From Candidatus Latescibacterota bacterium (GTDB lineage: Bacteria > Latescibacterota > UBA2968): 64,000 bases of DNA. A program made the position numbers and the translations under genes. The notes under the pieces were generated by a model that saw only the letters and a program-made list of their open reading frames with translations, was not told the DNA's origin and made no database searches. Position 1 is the first letter of the stretch. The number at the start of each line of letters is the position of its first letter. The stretch covers positions 3,744,001 through 3,808,000 of the forward strand of contig OZ242311.1 in NCBI GenBank assembly GCA_965207885.1, written 5' to 3'. Positions 1-9,419 of this stretch are shown piece after piece.

Positions 1-212
1 AGCGTCGTGCCGTGAACCGCTCGGGAAATCGCGCCTGGCGATACCCCATCGAGCACCTCTTTCACGCCCTCCAGCACACTGACCGAAGGGTCTGGAGACT
101 GCGTCAACACCTTCGCCACAGACAAAACACCCGAAGCGTGTTCTCTCAACACAACATCTGTGAATGTGCCGCCAATATCTATTGCAAGCGTGTATGCCTC
201 GTCGCTCACCAT
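1..212 (-). CDS. Hydantoinase/oxoprolinase family protein, 5' part (runs off the window edge)
   Basis: Manual minus-strand translation MVSDEAYTLAIDIGGTFTDVV...AKVLT...AVHGTT carries the family motifs DIGGTFTD and HGTT; AAGGAG RBS upstream; not in the ORF track. Confidence 0.85.
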   Translation of the reverse strand, partial: MVSDEAYTLAIDIGGTFTDVVLREHASGVLSVAKVLTQSPDPSVSVLEGVKEVLDGVSPGAISRAVHGTT

Positions 213-290
213 CATCTCCTTTGCATTTATTTTTCTTCTTCATCTCAAAAATAAAGAACAGCCCCTTTACCAACAAAGACAAAATTGACC

Positions 291-319
291 TTGACAAGCC
301 ATGATCCTTTTTGTAATTT
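291..319 (+). promoter_or_regulatory. sigma70-type promoter for tRNA-Gly
   Basis: TTGACA(291)-17 bp-TAATTT(314) just upstream of the tRNA. Confidence 0.6.
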
Positions 320-336
320 TTGAGTCCTCACAACGA

Positions 337-413
337 GCGGGAATAGCTCAGCTGGCTAGAGCATCTGCTTGCCATGCAGAAGGTCGCGGGTTCGAATCCC
401 GTTTCCCGCTCCA
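337..413 (+). tRNA. tRNA-Gly(GCC)
   Basis: GCGGGAA acceptor stem, anticodon arm TCTGC-TTGCCAT-GCAGA, GGTTCGAATCC T-loop, encoded CCA. Confidence 0.97.
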
Positions 414-420
414 TTAACCC

Positions 421-447
421 AACCCGTTAAATTAACGGGTTTTTTTT
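421..447 (+). terminator. Intrinsic terminator after tRNA-Gly
   Basis: AACCCGTTAA/TTAACGGGTT hairpin followed by a T-run. Confidence 0.8.
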
Positions 448-461
448 ATGGAGTAAACCGC

Positions 462-1601
462 TTGTCATCAGCTCTTGCCCGAGAAATAGCCAACCTTCGC
501 CTGCCTGCGCTTGCCCTTTGGGCACCTGGACCACACATGCTCACCCCTGCGGTTCGCCGGGTCTTGCAAACATATCAGGCGACCTATTCCCACCGATCCG
601 CTGAATTTCAAGCTTGCTATCAAAAAACTGTAGATTTGCTGCGCGAAGTCTTTCAAATTCCACGCGGATTTACTCCGCTCATCTTCGGTCACACCGGCAG
701 CTACAACTGGGAAATGGTCGTCACCAATACGCCCTACAATAGCGCGACACTGGGCATGGACATCGGTGCTTTTTCAAAAAAATGGGCACAGGTATTCACA
801 AGTCACGGGCGCGACATCGACATCTTAAAAGCCGATTGGGGCGACGGCATCTGCGCTCGGACATGGTCCAACGCCATTGCCAAAAACTACGACCTTGCCC
901 TTTTGACCCACAACGAAACATCTACCGGTGTTATGCTGCCCATTCAGGAAATGTGTGACACCGTCCGCAAAGCATCTCCCAAAACTCTGGTTGCCATTGA
1001 CGCAGTCAGCATAGCAGGGGCATCAGATACGCCGATGGAGACCTTGCGCCCCGACTACTATCTCTGGAGCCTGCAAAAAGACTTCGCGTGTCCCACCATC
1101 GGCTCTCTCATGATTGTATCCGACCGCGCGTTTGACATCGCAGCCAACACGCCAAACCGCGGTTATGTCCTCGACTTGATCGAATGGCGAACGCGCGCAA
1201 AAACAGCCCAAACCCCCATGACCGTAGCCGACCTGACTTTACAATGCCTGAATGCGCGTCTCGAAGAAATGAAACGAGAAGGCGACCAGCGCTTCAAACG
1301 CCATCAGAGCCTCGCCCACATGCAACGCGAATGGACAGTAAAACACGGCCTGAGCCTCATAGCCAAACCGAGATACGAGAGCCTGACCGTAAATGCTATC
1401 CTCTTGCCAGACCACATTTCGGGTTCTGATTTCGTCGATCGCGCAAAAAAATTGCTCAATGTACAACTCGCCCCGGGCTATGGCGACACCAGAGACAAAG
1501 CCTTCCGCATTGCGGCTATGGGCCACACGTCAGAATGCGATATGCGACGCGTACTCAAGGGCCTCTCCCTCATCCTCAACAACTGGTCAAAACTCGAGTA
1601 A
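462..1601 (+). CDS. Class V PLP-dependent aminotransferase (serine-pyruvate/alanine-glyoxylate type)
   Basis: PGP, SHRS, THNETSTG, DAVS and SLQK motifs; start moved to TTG462 behind GGAG because the longer ORF overlaps the tRNA. Confidence 0.85.
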   Translation: MSSALAREIANLRLPALALWAPGPHMLTPAVRRVLQTYQATYSHRSAEFQACYQKTVDLLREVFQIPRGFTPLIFGHTGSYNWEMVVTNTPYNSATLGMDIGAFSKKWAQVFTSHGRDIDILKADWGDGICARTWSNAIAKNYDLALLTHNETSTGVMLPIQEMCDTVRKASPKTLVAIDAVSIAGASDTPMETLRPDYYLWSLQKDFACPTIGSLMIVSDRAFDIAANTPNRGYVLDLIEWRTRAKTAQTPMTVADLTLQCLNARLEEMKREGDQRFKRHQSLAHMQREWTVKHGLSLIAKPRYESLTVNAILLPDHISGSDFVDRAKKLLNVQLAPGYGDTRDKAFRIAAMGHTSECDMRRVLKGLSLILNNWSKLE

Positions 1602-1605
1602 TCCC

Positions 1606-2430
1606 ATGCCACCTCCCACCTCCATGATCTGCCCAGGCTGTGGCTACCTCATCAATACCGATGAGAAAAGATGCCCCCATTGCGGCGCTTATAATCCCAG
1701 TCTCTGGGGTCTCGGTCCCGCGCTGAACCGGCTTTTTGGCGGTCGCATCGACGTCCTCACCCTGATACCCACCGCGTGTATTGCCCTTTACGCAGTCAGT
1801 CTATTGCTCGACCTCGGCGCCGCACTGTCTATGGGCGGCGGGCTTTTTGGCATGCTAAGCCCTGGCAATATCCCGCTGATCGTTCTCGGTATGACCCACG
1901 GCGAAGCCCCCTGGTGGACCGTGCTCACCGCGACATATCTTCACGGCAGCCTCCTTCACATCCTCTTCAACGTCCTGTGGATTCGGCAACTCGGTCCCGA
2001 GGTCGGGCAGTTCTTCGGCCCGGCGCGCTATTTTATCATCTACACCGTTGCGGGAGCTATCGGCTTCATCCTCTCCAATCTCATCTCAGGCTATCCCACC
2101 GTAGGCGCGTCGGGTGCGATCTTTGGACTTTTTGCCGCCATCATTGTGTACGGCCGCAACAACAAAACACAGATGATGTCACTCATGACGCGGCAGATGT
2201 GGCAATGGGCCATCATGCTATTTGTCCTGGGCTTTCTCATGAGCGGCGTCAACAACTGGGCGCATCTGGGCGGTTTTATCGGCGGCTGGATCGCAGCGCA
2301 AATCCTCGTTTCCAGTGCAGAATACCGCGAAGGGCGCATCACCATTCTCATAGCCCTGCTCTGTCTTTTGCTCACCGTCCTCGGCTTTGTCCTTTCAATC
2401 TTAGAATACTTCCCACTCCTCCTGTCCTGA
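1606..2430 (+). CDS. Rhomboid intramembrane serine protease with N-terminal zinc ribbon
   Basis: HxxxxHxxxN, GASG and AHLGG motifs; CPGC...CPHC at the N-terminus. Confidence 0.9.
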   Translation: MPPPTSMICPGCGYLINTDEKRCPHCGAYNPSLWGLGPALNRLFGGRIDVLTLIPTACIALYAVSLLLDLGAALSMGGGLFGMLSPGNIPLIVLGMTHGEAPWWTVLTATYLHGSLLHILFNVLWIRQLGPEVGQFFGPARYFIIYTVAGAIGFILSNLISGYPTVGASGAIFGLFAAIIVYGRNNKTQMMSLMTRQMWQWAIMLFVLGFLMSGVNNWAHLGGFIGGWIAAQILVSSAEYREGRITILIALLCLLLTVLGFVLSILEYFPLLLS

Positions 2431-2437
2431 CGCGGGC

Positions 2438-4045
2438 CTATCTCCCCAATCTCACATCCACAGGCTCAGGTATCCATGAAGCGGTAATGCCCAGATCACT
2501 GTGAATAACCTGTGCTGCATTATACCCCGGCAAACCAGTCACATTTCCGCCGGGATGACAGCACGACCCGCAAAGGTACAGCCCTTCAAAATATCCCCGA
2601 TAATGCCCCGCACCGGGAAACGGACGGTTATACCCCGTCTGCCCATTTGTAAACGCACCCACGAGCAAATCCCCATCCCGCATATTGGGCAATGCGCGTT
2701 CGACATCCAGCGGACTGCGAACAAAAGAATCGATCACACAATCCTTCAAATTGGGCGCGTATTCAGACCACATATCCAGCATATCGCGACCAACCACATC
2801 CCGCTGACGATCCCAGTTTGCAGAATCACCATACAGATGAAATGGCAACTTCTGCCACATAAACGCCGTGTGTTTTCCCAAAGGAGCCTGTGTGGCATCA
2901 AAATGCGTTGGACACGCGCCCCACATCACAGTCGGCGGAATCGTCCCCTTTTCGTGGCGGGCAACAATATCCACATATTGATCCGCGTGTTCCAACCCCA
3001 GAATAACCATCAGCGCATCCGCCACTTCCGGATGTTTTTCCACAGCGCGATAACGCGGCGATTCACTCAAATTCAAATGGAGAGCGAACAGCGGAGCCAG
3101 CACATTATACTTAAATCTCTCGACCCGGTTTTTCCAAGCATCGGGCAACGCCTCGCGGTCAATCAAATCGAGAAACGTCTGATGGGGATTCAAGCTGGAT
3201 ATGACCACAGGCGCTTTGATATACTTGCCAGCCACCGTTTCAACACCTCTAACGCGATTATCCTCCACCACAATGCGCCCGGGTTCGGTTTGCAACCAAA
3301 TCTCCCCACCCATATCAGAAATAGCAGCAACCAGCGCGCGCGCCAGTCCCGCTGCCCCGCCCACACACATCTGAGCTTTCCCCTTGCTCGCCAGCAAAGC
3401 CGGTATATGATGTCCAAATCCCGAGGCGCGCAAATCCACTTCGCGCAGCCCATTGAAAAACAACAACCCGGCTCGAATGACCGGGTGTTCAAATTCCCGA
3501 TTCACAAACTCGTGCGGGGAAAGCGCGCTGACTTCGAGCAACATCTTCCCCTCTCGGGACTGCGACAAAATTTTTCGCCTCAACGCCTGCGGCAAAGGCG
3601 GCCCCTGTGCCTCGACAGACAGAATATTTCTCACAACGGGGTCAAACGCATCGCGCCATCGCCGAAGTGTCTGTGCATCCCTTTTGCTAAACCGTGCAAA
3701 ACTGTCTTCAGTGCGTTCAAAATCCGTGTACCATTTCAGCACATCGCCATTTCGCAGCACAAGCGCCACATTCAGTTCGGGTTCAATATAGCGCGCGCCA
3801 TACCGTTCCAGATGCAAATCGCCAAACCACGGCATTTGCGTGATAGCGCGATGAAAAAAAGAATGCGTATTGTGCAAAAAACCCGGATAACGGGGGTCTT
3901 CAACAGTCGCCAGCCCGCCTCCGGGTTTATCCGATCGCTCCAGGCAAATCACATTGAGTCCTGCGCGACACAAATACGCCTGCAAAATGAGGCCATTGTG
4001 CCCGGCACCCAGCACAATCGCATCAAAGCTTTTATCCTCTCCCAT
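2438..4045 (-). CDS. Phytoene desaturase-like NAD(P)/FAD-dependent oxidoreductase
   Basis: GAGHNGL FAD motif, E..GG, C-terminal LYLCGSCCHPGGNVTGLPGYNAA. Confidence 0.88.
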   Translation of the reverse strand: MGEDKSFDAIVLGAGHNGLILQAYLCRAGLNVICLERSDKPGGGLATVEDPRYPGFLHNTHSFFHRAITQMPWFGDLHLERYGARYIEPELNVALVLRNGDVLKWYTDFERTEDSFARFSKRDAQTLRRWRDAFDPVVRNILSVEAQGPPLPQALRRKILSQSREGKMLLEVSALSPHEFVNREFEHPVIRAGLLFFNGLREVDLRASGFGHHIPALLASKGKAQMCVGGAAGLARALVAAISDMGGEIWLQTEPGRIVVEDNRVRGVETVAGKYIKAPVVISSLNPHQTFLDLIDREALPDAWKNRVERFKYNVLAPLFALHLNLSESPRYRAVEKHPEVADALMVILGLEHADQYVDIVARHEKGTIPPTVMWGACPTHFDATQAPLGKHTAFMWQKLPFHLYGDSANWDRQRDVVGRDMLDMWSEYAPNLKDCVIDSFVRSPLDVERALPNMRDGDLLVGAFTNGQTGYNRPFPGAGHYRGYFEGLYLCGSCCHPGGNVTGLPGYNAAQVIHSDLGITASWIPEPVDVRLGR

Positions 4046-4050
4046 AGCTT

Positions 4051-4869
4051 TTACCAGTAGCGTTCTATATGTATCTGCCCGGGATCTCTCCGCTTGTGTT
4101 CCTTAAAACCCTCTGAAATCAAAATTTCTGTCACATCATCGCACATATAGGGATTACCACATACAAACACATGCGTATCTTCAGACGTGGGATGTCCGCC
4201 CCAGACCTCATCGAGCGGACCATCTGTCCACAAATTCTGCACATAACCCGTATATCCGCTCCACGCCACATGCTCATTTGCCGGACGGCTAATCTGGGGG
4301 ATATAAATAAAATTAGCGCATAAATCTTGCATCATCTCCAATTCAGATCGATACCCCAAATCCCATGAATGTCGCGCCCCGTGCAACACTACAAAACGCC
4401 GCTCTGTATTTTCCTTCAAATAAGTCCGCAGCATACTCATATAAGGCGCCAATCCCGTGCCCGTCGCCACCATCACGACATTTTTATTCGGTGGCACATC
4501 TTGCAGCGTAAACATACCCGTAATTTTTGGCCCCAACCAGAGGCGATCGCCAATTTCGAGCGCGAATAACCTGGGCGTCAACGCCCCCGACCTCACCAGG
4601 GTGATATAAAACTCGAGGTACTCTGTTGCCACCGAAGAAGATGCAATAGAATACGCCCGCCGGATCAAACCTCTCTGCGGCTTCTCGTAATCTTCGACAG
4701 GGTCTGAATACTCTGTGCGGGGTGCATCAGGAGGCAATCCGATCACGCCAAATTGCCCGGCTTCAAAAGCCGGCAATTCCCATCCGTCGGGCACAACGCG
4801 AAGAATAATCAAATCGGGGGTCACTTCGAGACGTTGTGTCACAACGGCATTGAGTTCATCCTTCGGCAA
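4051..4869 (-). CDS. fpr: Ferredoxin-NADP+ reductase
   Basis: RAYSIAS, ATGTGLAPYMS, CGNP, C-terminal ERYW. Confidence 0.9.
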   Translation of the reverse strand: MPKDELNAVVTQRLEVTPDLIILRVVPDGWELPAFEAGQFGVIGLPPDAPRTEYSDPVEDYEKPQRGLIRRAYSIASSSVATEYLEFYITLVRSGALTPRLFALEIGDRLWLGPKITGMFTLQDVPPNKNVVMVATGTGLAPYMSMLRTYLKENTERRFVVLHGARHSWDLGYRSELEMMQDLCANFIYIPQISRPANEHVAWSGYTGYVQNLWTDGPLDEVWGGHPTSEDTHVFVCGNPYMCDDVTEILISEGFKEHKRRDPGQIHIERYW

Positions 4870-4879
4870 ACCACCCTCC

Positions 4880-5926
4880 TTAAGCTAAGGTTATACCAAC
4901 TGCCTGTCCTGTTTCGCAAATCTGTCGCCAGGTCTCATCATCTATATCTACACCACGGGCTTCTTTCTCCCGCCGCATGCGCGCTTCCATCTCACCTGGC
5001 ATCAAAATTTCATCAAACCCGGGCGCGAGCCGGGCACTCTTCAAAAACTGAACAAATGATTGCATCTCATCGCGAAATTGATCGCGTCCGACAAAAGCCC
5101 CAATATCCAGCGCCATAATAAACACCCCATTGCCACCGGAAAGTCCACCTTCGCGACTGCAACCACCGCCACCGAGTGCGCCAGACAAAACATCAACCAC
5201 CACAGAAAGCGCGTAGCCCTTATGCGCAGAAATCCCGCCAAAAGGCAAAATAGCCCCTCTGGGCGGACCATAAAACTTTGCCGGATCCGTCGCCGGATCG
5301 CCCTCTGCATCAATAACCCATCCTTCGGGCAGCGATTCCCCCAAATTGCGCTTCACCCGAATTTTCCCTTCCGCGACAACACTCGTGGTCAAATCCACGA
5401 CTATCGGAAAATCGCCTCCCGTGGGAATACCCACAGCAATGGGATTGGGCGACATGCGCGCGTCAATACCGCCAAATGGATGCTGAAGCAATCCCCCGCC
5501 GTGATTATTGCACATCACAATGCCAATCATCTCGGCCTCGGCAGCGACCTCCACATATTCACCCAGACGCCCAATATGCCCGCTATTGAAAAGCTCGACC
5601 ACGGCAACCGACCGCTGTTTTGCCTTCTCCATTGCCAGCGCCATAGCCTGATGGCAAACCGTTTGTCCAAACCCCCAACCACCATCGACAACCGCCGAAG
5701 CATCGGCCTCGCGCACAACCGCGATCTCTTGCCCTGCATGCACGCGCCCTTCCTCGAGTGCCTGAACGTATTGCACCAGGCGAATCACACCGTGGGAATC
5801 GTGCCCCATCAAATTGGACAACACCAGCGAATGCGCAATCTGGCGCGCTTCTTCCGCGCCCAGACCCGCGCCTTCAAACACCTGTGTACAGGCCCCTTTG
5901 AGCCTCTCAACATCCAGAACAGGCAT
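4880..5926 (-). CDS. Ldh_2 family (malate/L-lactate/ureidoglycolate-type) oxidoreductase
   Basis: GHDSHG, HIGRLG, NPIA, HKGYAL and PGE motifs; GGAGGAG RBS before MPVL. Confidence 0.9.
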   Translation of the reverse strand: MPVLDVERLKGACTQVFEGAGLGAEEARQIAHSLVLSNLMGHDSHGVIRLVQYVQALEEGRVHAGQEIAVVREADASAVVDGGWGFGQTVCHQAMALAMEKAKQRSVAVVELFNSGHIGRLGEYVEVAAEAEMIGIVMCNNHGGGLLQHPFGGIDARMSPNPIAVGIPTGGDFPIVVDLTTSVVAEGKIRVKRNLGESLPEGWVIDAEGDPATDPAKFYGPPRGAILPFGGISAHKGYALSVVVDVLSGALGGGGCSREGGLSGGNGVFIMALDIGAFVGRDQFRDEMQSFVQFLKSARLAPGFDEILMPGEMEARMRREKEARGVDIDDETWRQICETGQAVGITLA

Positions 5927-6010
5927 ACACTCTCCTCCCAAATCGCAATCGGGCCATAATCTACCATTAACGAGCATAATGGTCAATAATTGAGTCTAAT
6001 TTCTCACCCC

Positions 6011-6397
6011 TCAAAGCATCTTCTCTTTGCGATGCACCAGTTGCACGCAAACGCCCCAGGGATCGCGCAGCATCGCCAGCGTATCCCCTGCATCCGTGGG
6101 TTCGGGTTCCTGCACAACCGTTGCACCCGCGGCTTTCAATCGCGCGAAATCGGCCTCAATATCCTCGGTCGCATAAGCAAAATGCAGTGCCAGATGGTGC
6201 ATCGAAGCATAATCTGGCGTCTCCACCTCTGGCTGGTGATAAAGCTCGTACATCGTCTCCCCTTCCGAATCCGCCACAAACGTCATCTTGATGGGTGGTG
6301 GCCCCTGGCGCACAACGCGCATACCCAGATTATCGCAATACCACTTTGCAACCACATCGGGATCATCAACCACAAAAGCAATGTGTTCAATCTTCAT
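6011..6397 (-). CDS. VOC/glyoxalase family protein
   Basis: IEHIAF, HFAY and RDPWG VOC motifs. Confidence 0.85.
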   Translation of the reverse strand: MKIEHIAFVVDDPDVVAKWYCDNLGMRVVRQGPPPIKMTFVADSEGETMYELYHQPEVETPDYASMHHLALHFAYATEDIEADFARLKAAGATVVQEPEPTDAGDTLAMLRDPWGVCVQLVHRKEKML

Positions 6398-6443
6398 CTC
6401 TTTCTCCTTATCAATAATGATGGGCAGATTCACGGGTCTGCCC

Positions 6444-7457
6444 CTATCCCGTCATTCCCTCCAACTGCAATACATCGCTCAAATGACATCGCACCGCATG
6501 CCCTGGTGCGATCTCGCGCAATTCTGGCACTTCCTCCTTACATTGATCCTCAGCATAAGGACAGCGCGGATGAAACGCGCATCCCGAAGGCGTATCCCCG
6601 GGATCCGCTACCTCGCCAGACAGCAAAACGCGCTTCTTCTTTCGTTTGGGATCTGGATTGGGCACCGCCGACAAAAGTGCCTCGGTATAGGGATGCGCCG
6701 GACTTTGAAAAAGCTGATCAACCGGAGCCAATTCCACAACCTTACCCACATACATCACCGCCACGCGGTCGGAAATATGGCGCACCACACTCAAATCGTG
6801 CGCGACAAACAAATACGTCAACCCGAACTTTTCTTGCAACTCCTGAAGCAAATTGAGCACCTGCGCCTGCACAGAGACATCCAACGCGGAAACGGGTTCA
6901 TCCGCCACGATCAACCTGGGATGCAATGCCAGTGCCCTCGCAATGCCAATACGCTGCCGCTGCCCCCCGCTAAAAGCGTGTGGATACCGCCGCAAAAAAT
7001 GGGGATTCAACCCCACCTGAGCGAGCAATTCCCGCACGCGCGTCTCCCGTTCGAGGCGATCTGAGACCCCATTGACCAGCAGCGGTTCACCAATAATATC
7101 GAGCACCGTCATACGCGGATTCAAAGAAGCGTAGGGATCTTGAAAAATCATCTGCATATCGCGGCGCAGCGACTTGAGCACATCGTGGGGCGCCCGTGCA
7201 ACATCGATCTCCTCGCTATCCTTGCGGAACCACACCTCGCCAGCCGTAGGAGCTATCGCCCGCAAAATCGTGCGCCCAACCGTTGTTTTACCCGATCCAC
7301 TTTCCCCAACCAGCCCCAGGCACTCACCCTCAAACAAATCAAAACTCACGCCATCTACGGCTTTGACCTGACCGACAACCGTATTAAAAAAACCGCGCGT
7401 GATGGGAAAATGCTTTCTCAAATCGCGCACCCGCAGCAGGGCGTTCTGTTCACGCAT
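6444..7457 (-). CDS. Oligopeptide/dipeptide ABC transporter ATP-binding subunit (DppF/OppF type)
   Basis: [24 protein letters not shown]-terminal CAFHPRC. Confidence 0.93.
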   Translation of the reverse strand: MREQNALLRVRDLRKHFPITRGFFNTVVGQVKAVDGVSFDLFEGECLGLVGESGSGKTTVGRTILRAIAPTAGEVWFRKDSEEIDVARAPHDVLKSLRRDMQMIFQDPYASLNPRMTVLDIIGEPLLVNGVSDRLERETRVRELLAQVGLNPHFLRRYPHAFSGGQRQRIGIARALALHPRLIVADEPVSALDVSVQAQVLNLLQELQEKFGLTYLFVAHDLSVVRHISDRVAVMYVGKVVELAPVDQLFQSPAHPYTEALLSAVPNPDPKRKKKRVLLSGEVADPGDTPSGCAFHPRCPYAEDQCKEEVPELREIAPGHAVRCHLSDVLQLEGMTG

Positions 7458-7479
7458 CGCGCACATCCCCTCGGCAAAA

Positions 7480-7558
7480 CAGCGAATCAACGAATCAGCG
7501 AATCAACGAATCAGCGAATCAACGAATCAGCGAATCAACGAATCAGCGAATCAACGAA
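7480..7558. repeat. Tandem repeat (CAGCGAATCAACGAAT)x5, i.e. alternating 8-mers
   Basis: Read directly from the sequence. Confidence 0.95.
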
Positions 7559-7579
7559 CCCCGCCCATCCTCCCAAAGC

Positions 7580-7609
7580 ATGTGCTGACATGATGTGCTG
7601 ACATGATGT
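7580..7609. repeat. Tandem repeat (ATGTGCTGACATG)x2.3
   Basis: Read directly from the sequence. Confidence 0.85.
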
Positions 7610-7633
7610 AAGTCAGTATCAGTGTGTATCGCC

Positions 7634-7671
7634 ATTCGTCTATTCGTCTATTCGTCTATTCGTCTATTCGT
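7634..7671. repeat. Tandem repeat (ATTCGTCT)x4.7, overlapping the stop codon of the DppD-type gene
   Basis: Read directly from the sequence. Confidence 0.95.
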
Positions 7672-8653
7672 ACAGCACACACGCAACCGCATGCCCATCT
7701 CCAACAGCGAGCAATTCTGGCCTATCGCCCGCATTGCACACCCCATCCTGCGCCACTTCACATCGCGGATGAAAAGGACACCCCTGCAATTGCGTATAGG
7801 GATCGGGCACGGACCCCCTGATCGTCTGCAACCGCGTCTTTCTCGCCCGGGTCATTCCCGGGATAGATTGCATCAGCGCCTGTGTATAGGGGTGTTTGGG
7901 ATTTTCAAAAATCTCCTCTGTCGCCGCGTGTTCCACAATGCGCCCCATATACATCACCGCAACCTCATCTGACATCTCTGCGACCACACCCAAATCGTGT
8001 GTAATCAACATAATCGACATCTGAAATTCGTCTTGCAAATCGCGCATCAAATCCAGTATCTGTGCCTGAATCGTGACATCTAATGCCGTCGTGGGTTCAT
8101 CGGCAATCAACAGTGATGGACGGCACGAAAGCGCCATGGCAATCATCACGCGCTGTCGCATCCCACCGCTCATCTCGTGCGGATATTGTGCAAACCGCCG
8201 CTCCGCATCCGGAATCCCAACCCGATCCAGCATATTTACGGCGAGTGACCGCGCTTCTTCACCCCGCAAATCGAGATGCAGCCGAATCGCCTCCACAATT
8301 TGAAACCCCACCGTATGCACCGGACTCAGCGACGTCATCGGCTCCTGAAAAATCATCGCAATCTCGTGCCCGCGAATCGCGCGAATATCCTCGCCCTCCT
8401 CGTCCAGATCCGTCAAATAAATCTCGCGGTCGGGACGATGCAAAACAATCTCGCCCTCCACAATCCGCCCGGGTGATGACACCAGGCGCAATGCCGAAAA
8501 AGCCGTCACACTCTTCCCGCACCCACTCTCCCCCACAATACCCATCGTCTTTCCCCGGGGAATATCCATCGTCACGCCATCCACAGCGCGAACCGTTCCC
8601 TCATCGAGAAAAAAGTGCGTCTTCAAATTATTTATGGTCAACACATTGTCCAA
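7664..8653 (-). CDS. Oligopeptide/dipeptide ABC transporter ATP-binding subunit (DppD/OppD type)
   Basis: GESGCGKS, MSGGMRQR, DEPTTALD, CPFHPRC. Confidence 0.93.
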   Translation of the reverse strand: MDNVLTINNLKTHFFLDEGTVRAVDGVTMDIPRGKTMGIVGESGCGKSVTAFSALRLVSSPGRIVEGEIVLHRPDREIYLTDLDEEGEDIRAIRGHEIAMIFQEPMTSLSPVHTVGFQIVEAIRLHLDLRGEEARSLAVNMLDRVGIPDAERRFAQYPHEMSGGMRQRVMIAMALSCRPSLLIADEPTTALDVTIQAQILDLMRDLQDEFQMSIMLITHDLGVVAEMSDEVAVMYMGRIVEHAATEEIFENPKHPYTQALMQSIPGMTRARKTRLQTIRGSVPDPYTQLQGCPFHPRCEVAQDGVCNAGDRPELLAVGDGHAVACVLYE

Positions 8654-8654
8654 A

Positions 8655-9407
8655 TCACACGGCCCCTTTTGCCCGCGCTATAAACGCCTTTGCACCCTCT
8701 TGCAGCCACCCGGTGCTATTCACCAGCATCATCTGCACCCCGGTAGCGGCGAATTTCCCGACATTGTCTGAGGAAGTCATCGTACCCGCTATACGTCCCG
8801 ACGCGATGATCTTTGCAAGCGCGTCGTCAATCGTCTTTTGCACCACTTTATTTTCTAAATCGTCAATATACCCCATCGACGCCCCCAGATCTGAAGGCGC
8901 GACAAAAAACACATCGATCTGACCCACAGTCAGAATCTCATCCAGATTCTCCACCGCGACAATATCTTCAATCAAAATGGTGAGCAATACTTCGTCATTC
9001 GCCTTAGCAAAATAATCCGCAACCCCATAGCCCTGCCGACTCGTGAACATACCGCGCTGACCAATGGGCGCGAACCGCCCGCCCGCCACGACATTTTCCG
9101 CTTCTTCGCGCGTATTCACATGCGGCACCACAATACCCTGCGCCCCCCTGTCCAGGGTGCGATAAATAAGCGTCTGATCATTGCGATTCACGCGCACAAT
9201 CGACGTCATGCCCCACAGATCACAGGCGCGCGTGAGATTGCCCAACTCGTCAAAAGCCATAGGGCCGTGCTCACCCTCAATCCATATCCCATCAAAATTT
9301 GCGGGACCAAATGCGTCGATATCATCCGCGTGCGTAAAACCACCGGCGATGTACGCCTGTTCGCCGCGTCGCAACTTGTGTTTTACCCGATTCTGTCGAA
9401 GTTCCAT
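8655..9407 (-). CDS. HpcH/HpaI aldolase family protein
   Basis: EGEHG, LDRGAQGIVVPHV, GQRG and APSDL motifs. Confidence 0.88.
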   Translation of the reverse strand: MELRQNRVKHKLRRGEQAYIAGGFTHADDIDAFGPANFDGIWIEGEHGPMAFDELGNLTRACDLWGMTSIVRVNRNDQTLIYRTLDRGAQGIVVPHVNTREEAENVVAGGRFAPIGQRGMFTSRQGYGVADYFAKANDEVLLTILIEDIVAVENLDEILTVGQIDVFFVAPSDLGASMGYIDDLENKVVQKTIDDALAKIIASGRIAGTMTSSDNVGKFAATGVQMMLVNSTGWLQEGAKAFIARAKGAV

Positions 9408-9419
9408 AAGTCTAATCCC

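Noticed and set aside
12-254. 80-aa plus-strand ORF
   Set aside because: The opposite strand encodes a clear hydantoinase/oxoprolinase N-terminus
369-461. N-terminal extension of the aminotransferase ORF
   Set aside because: Overlaps tRNA-Gly and its terminator; TTG462 has an RBS
2501-4060. 519-aa plus-strand ORF
   Set aside because: Antisense shadow of the flavoprotein gene, with no motifs. The same applies to 5060-5959, 13829-15271, 59342-60235 and 62203-62985.
7480-7671. Possible CRISPR array
   Set aside because: Units are 8-16 bp and directly tandem, with no unique spacers, and there are no cas genes
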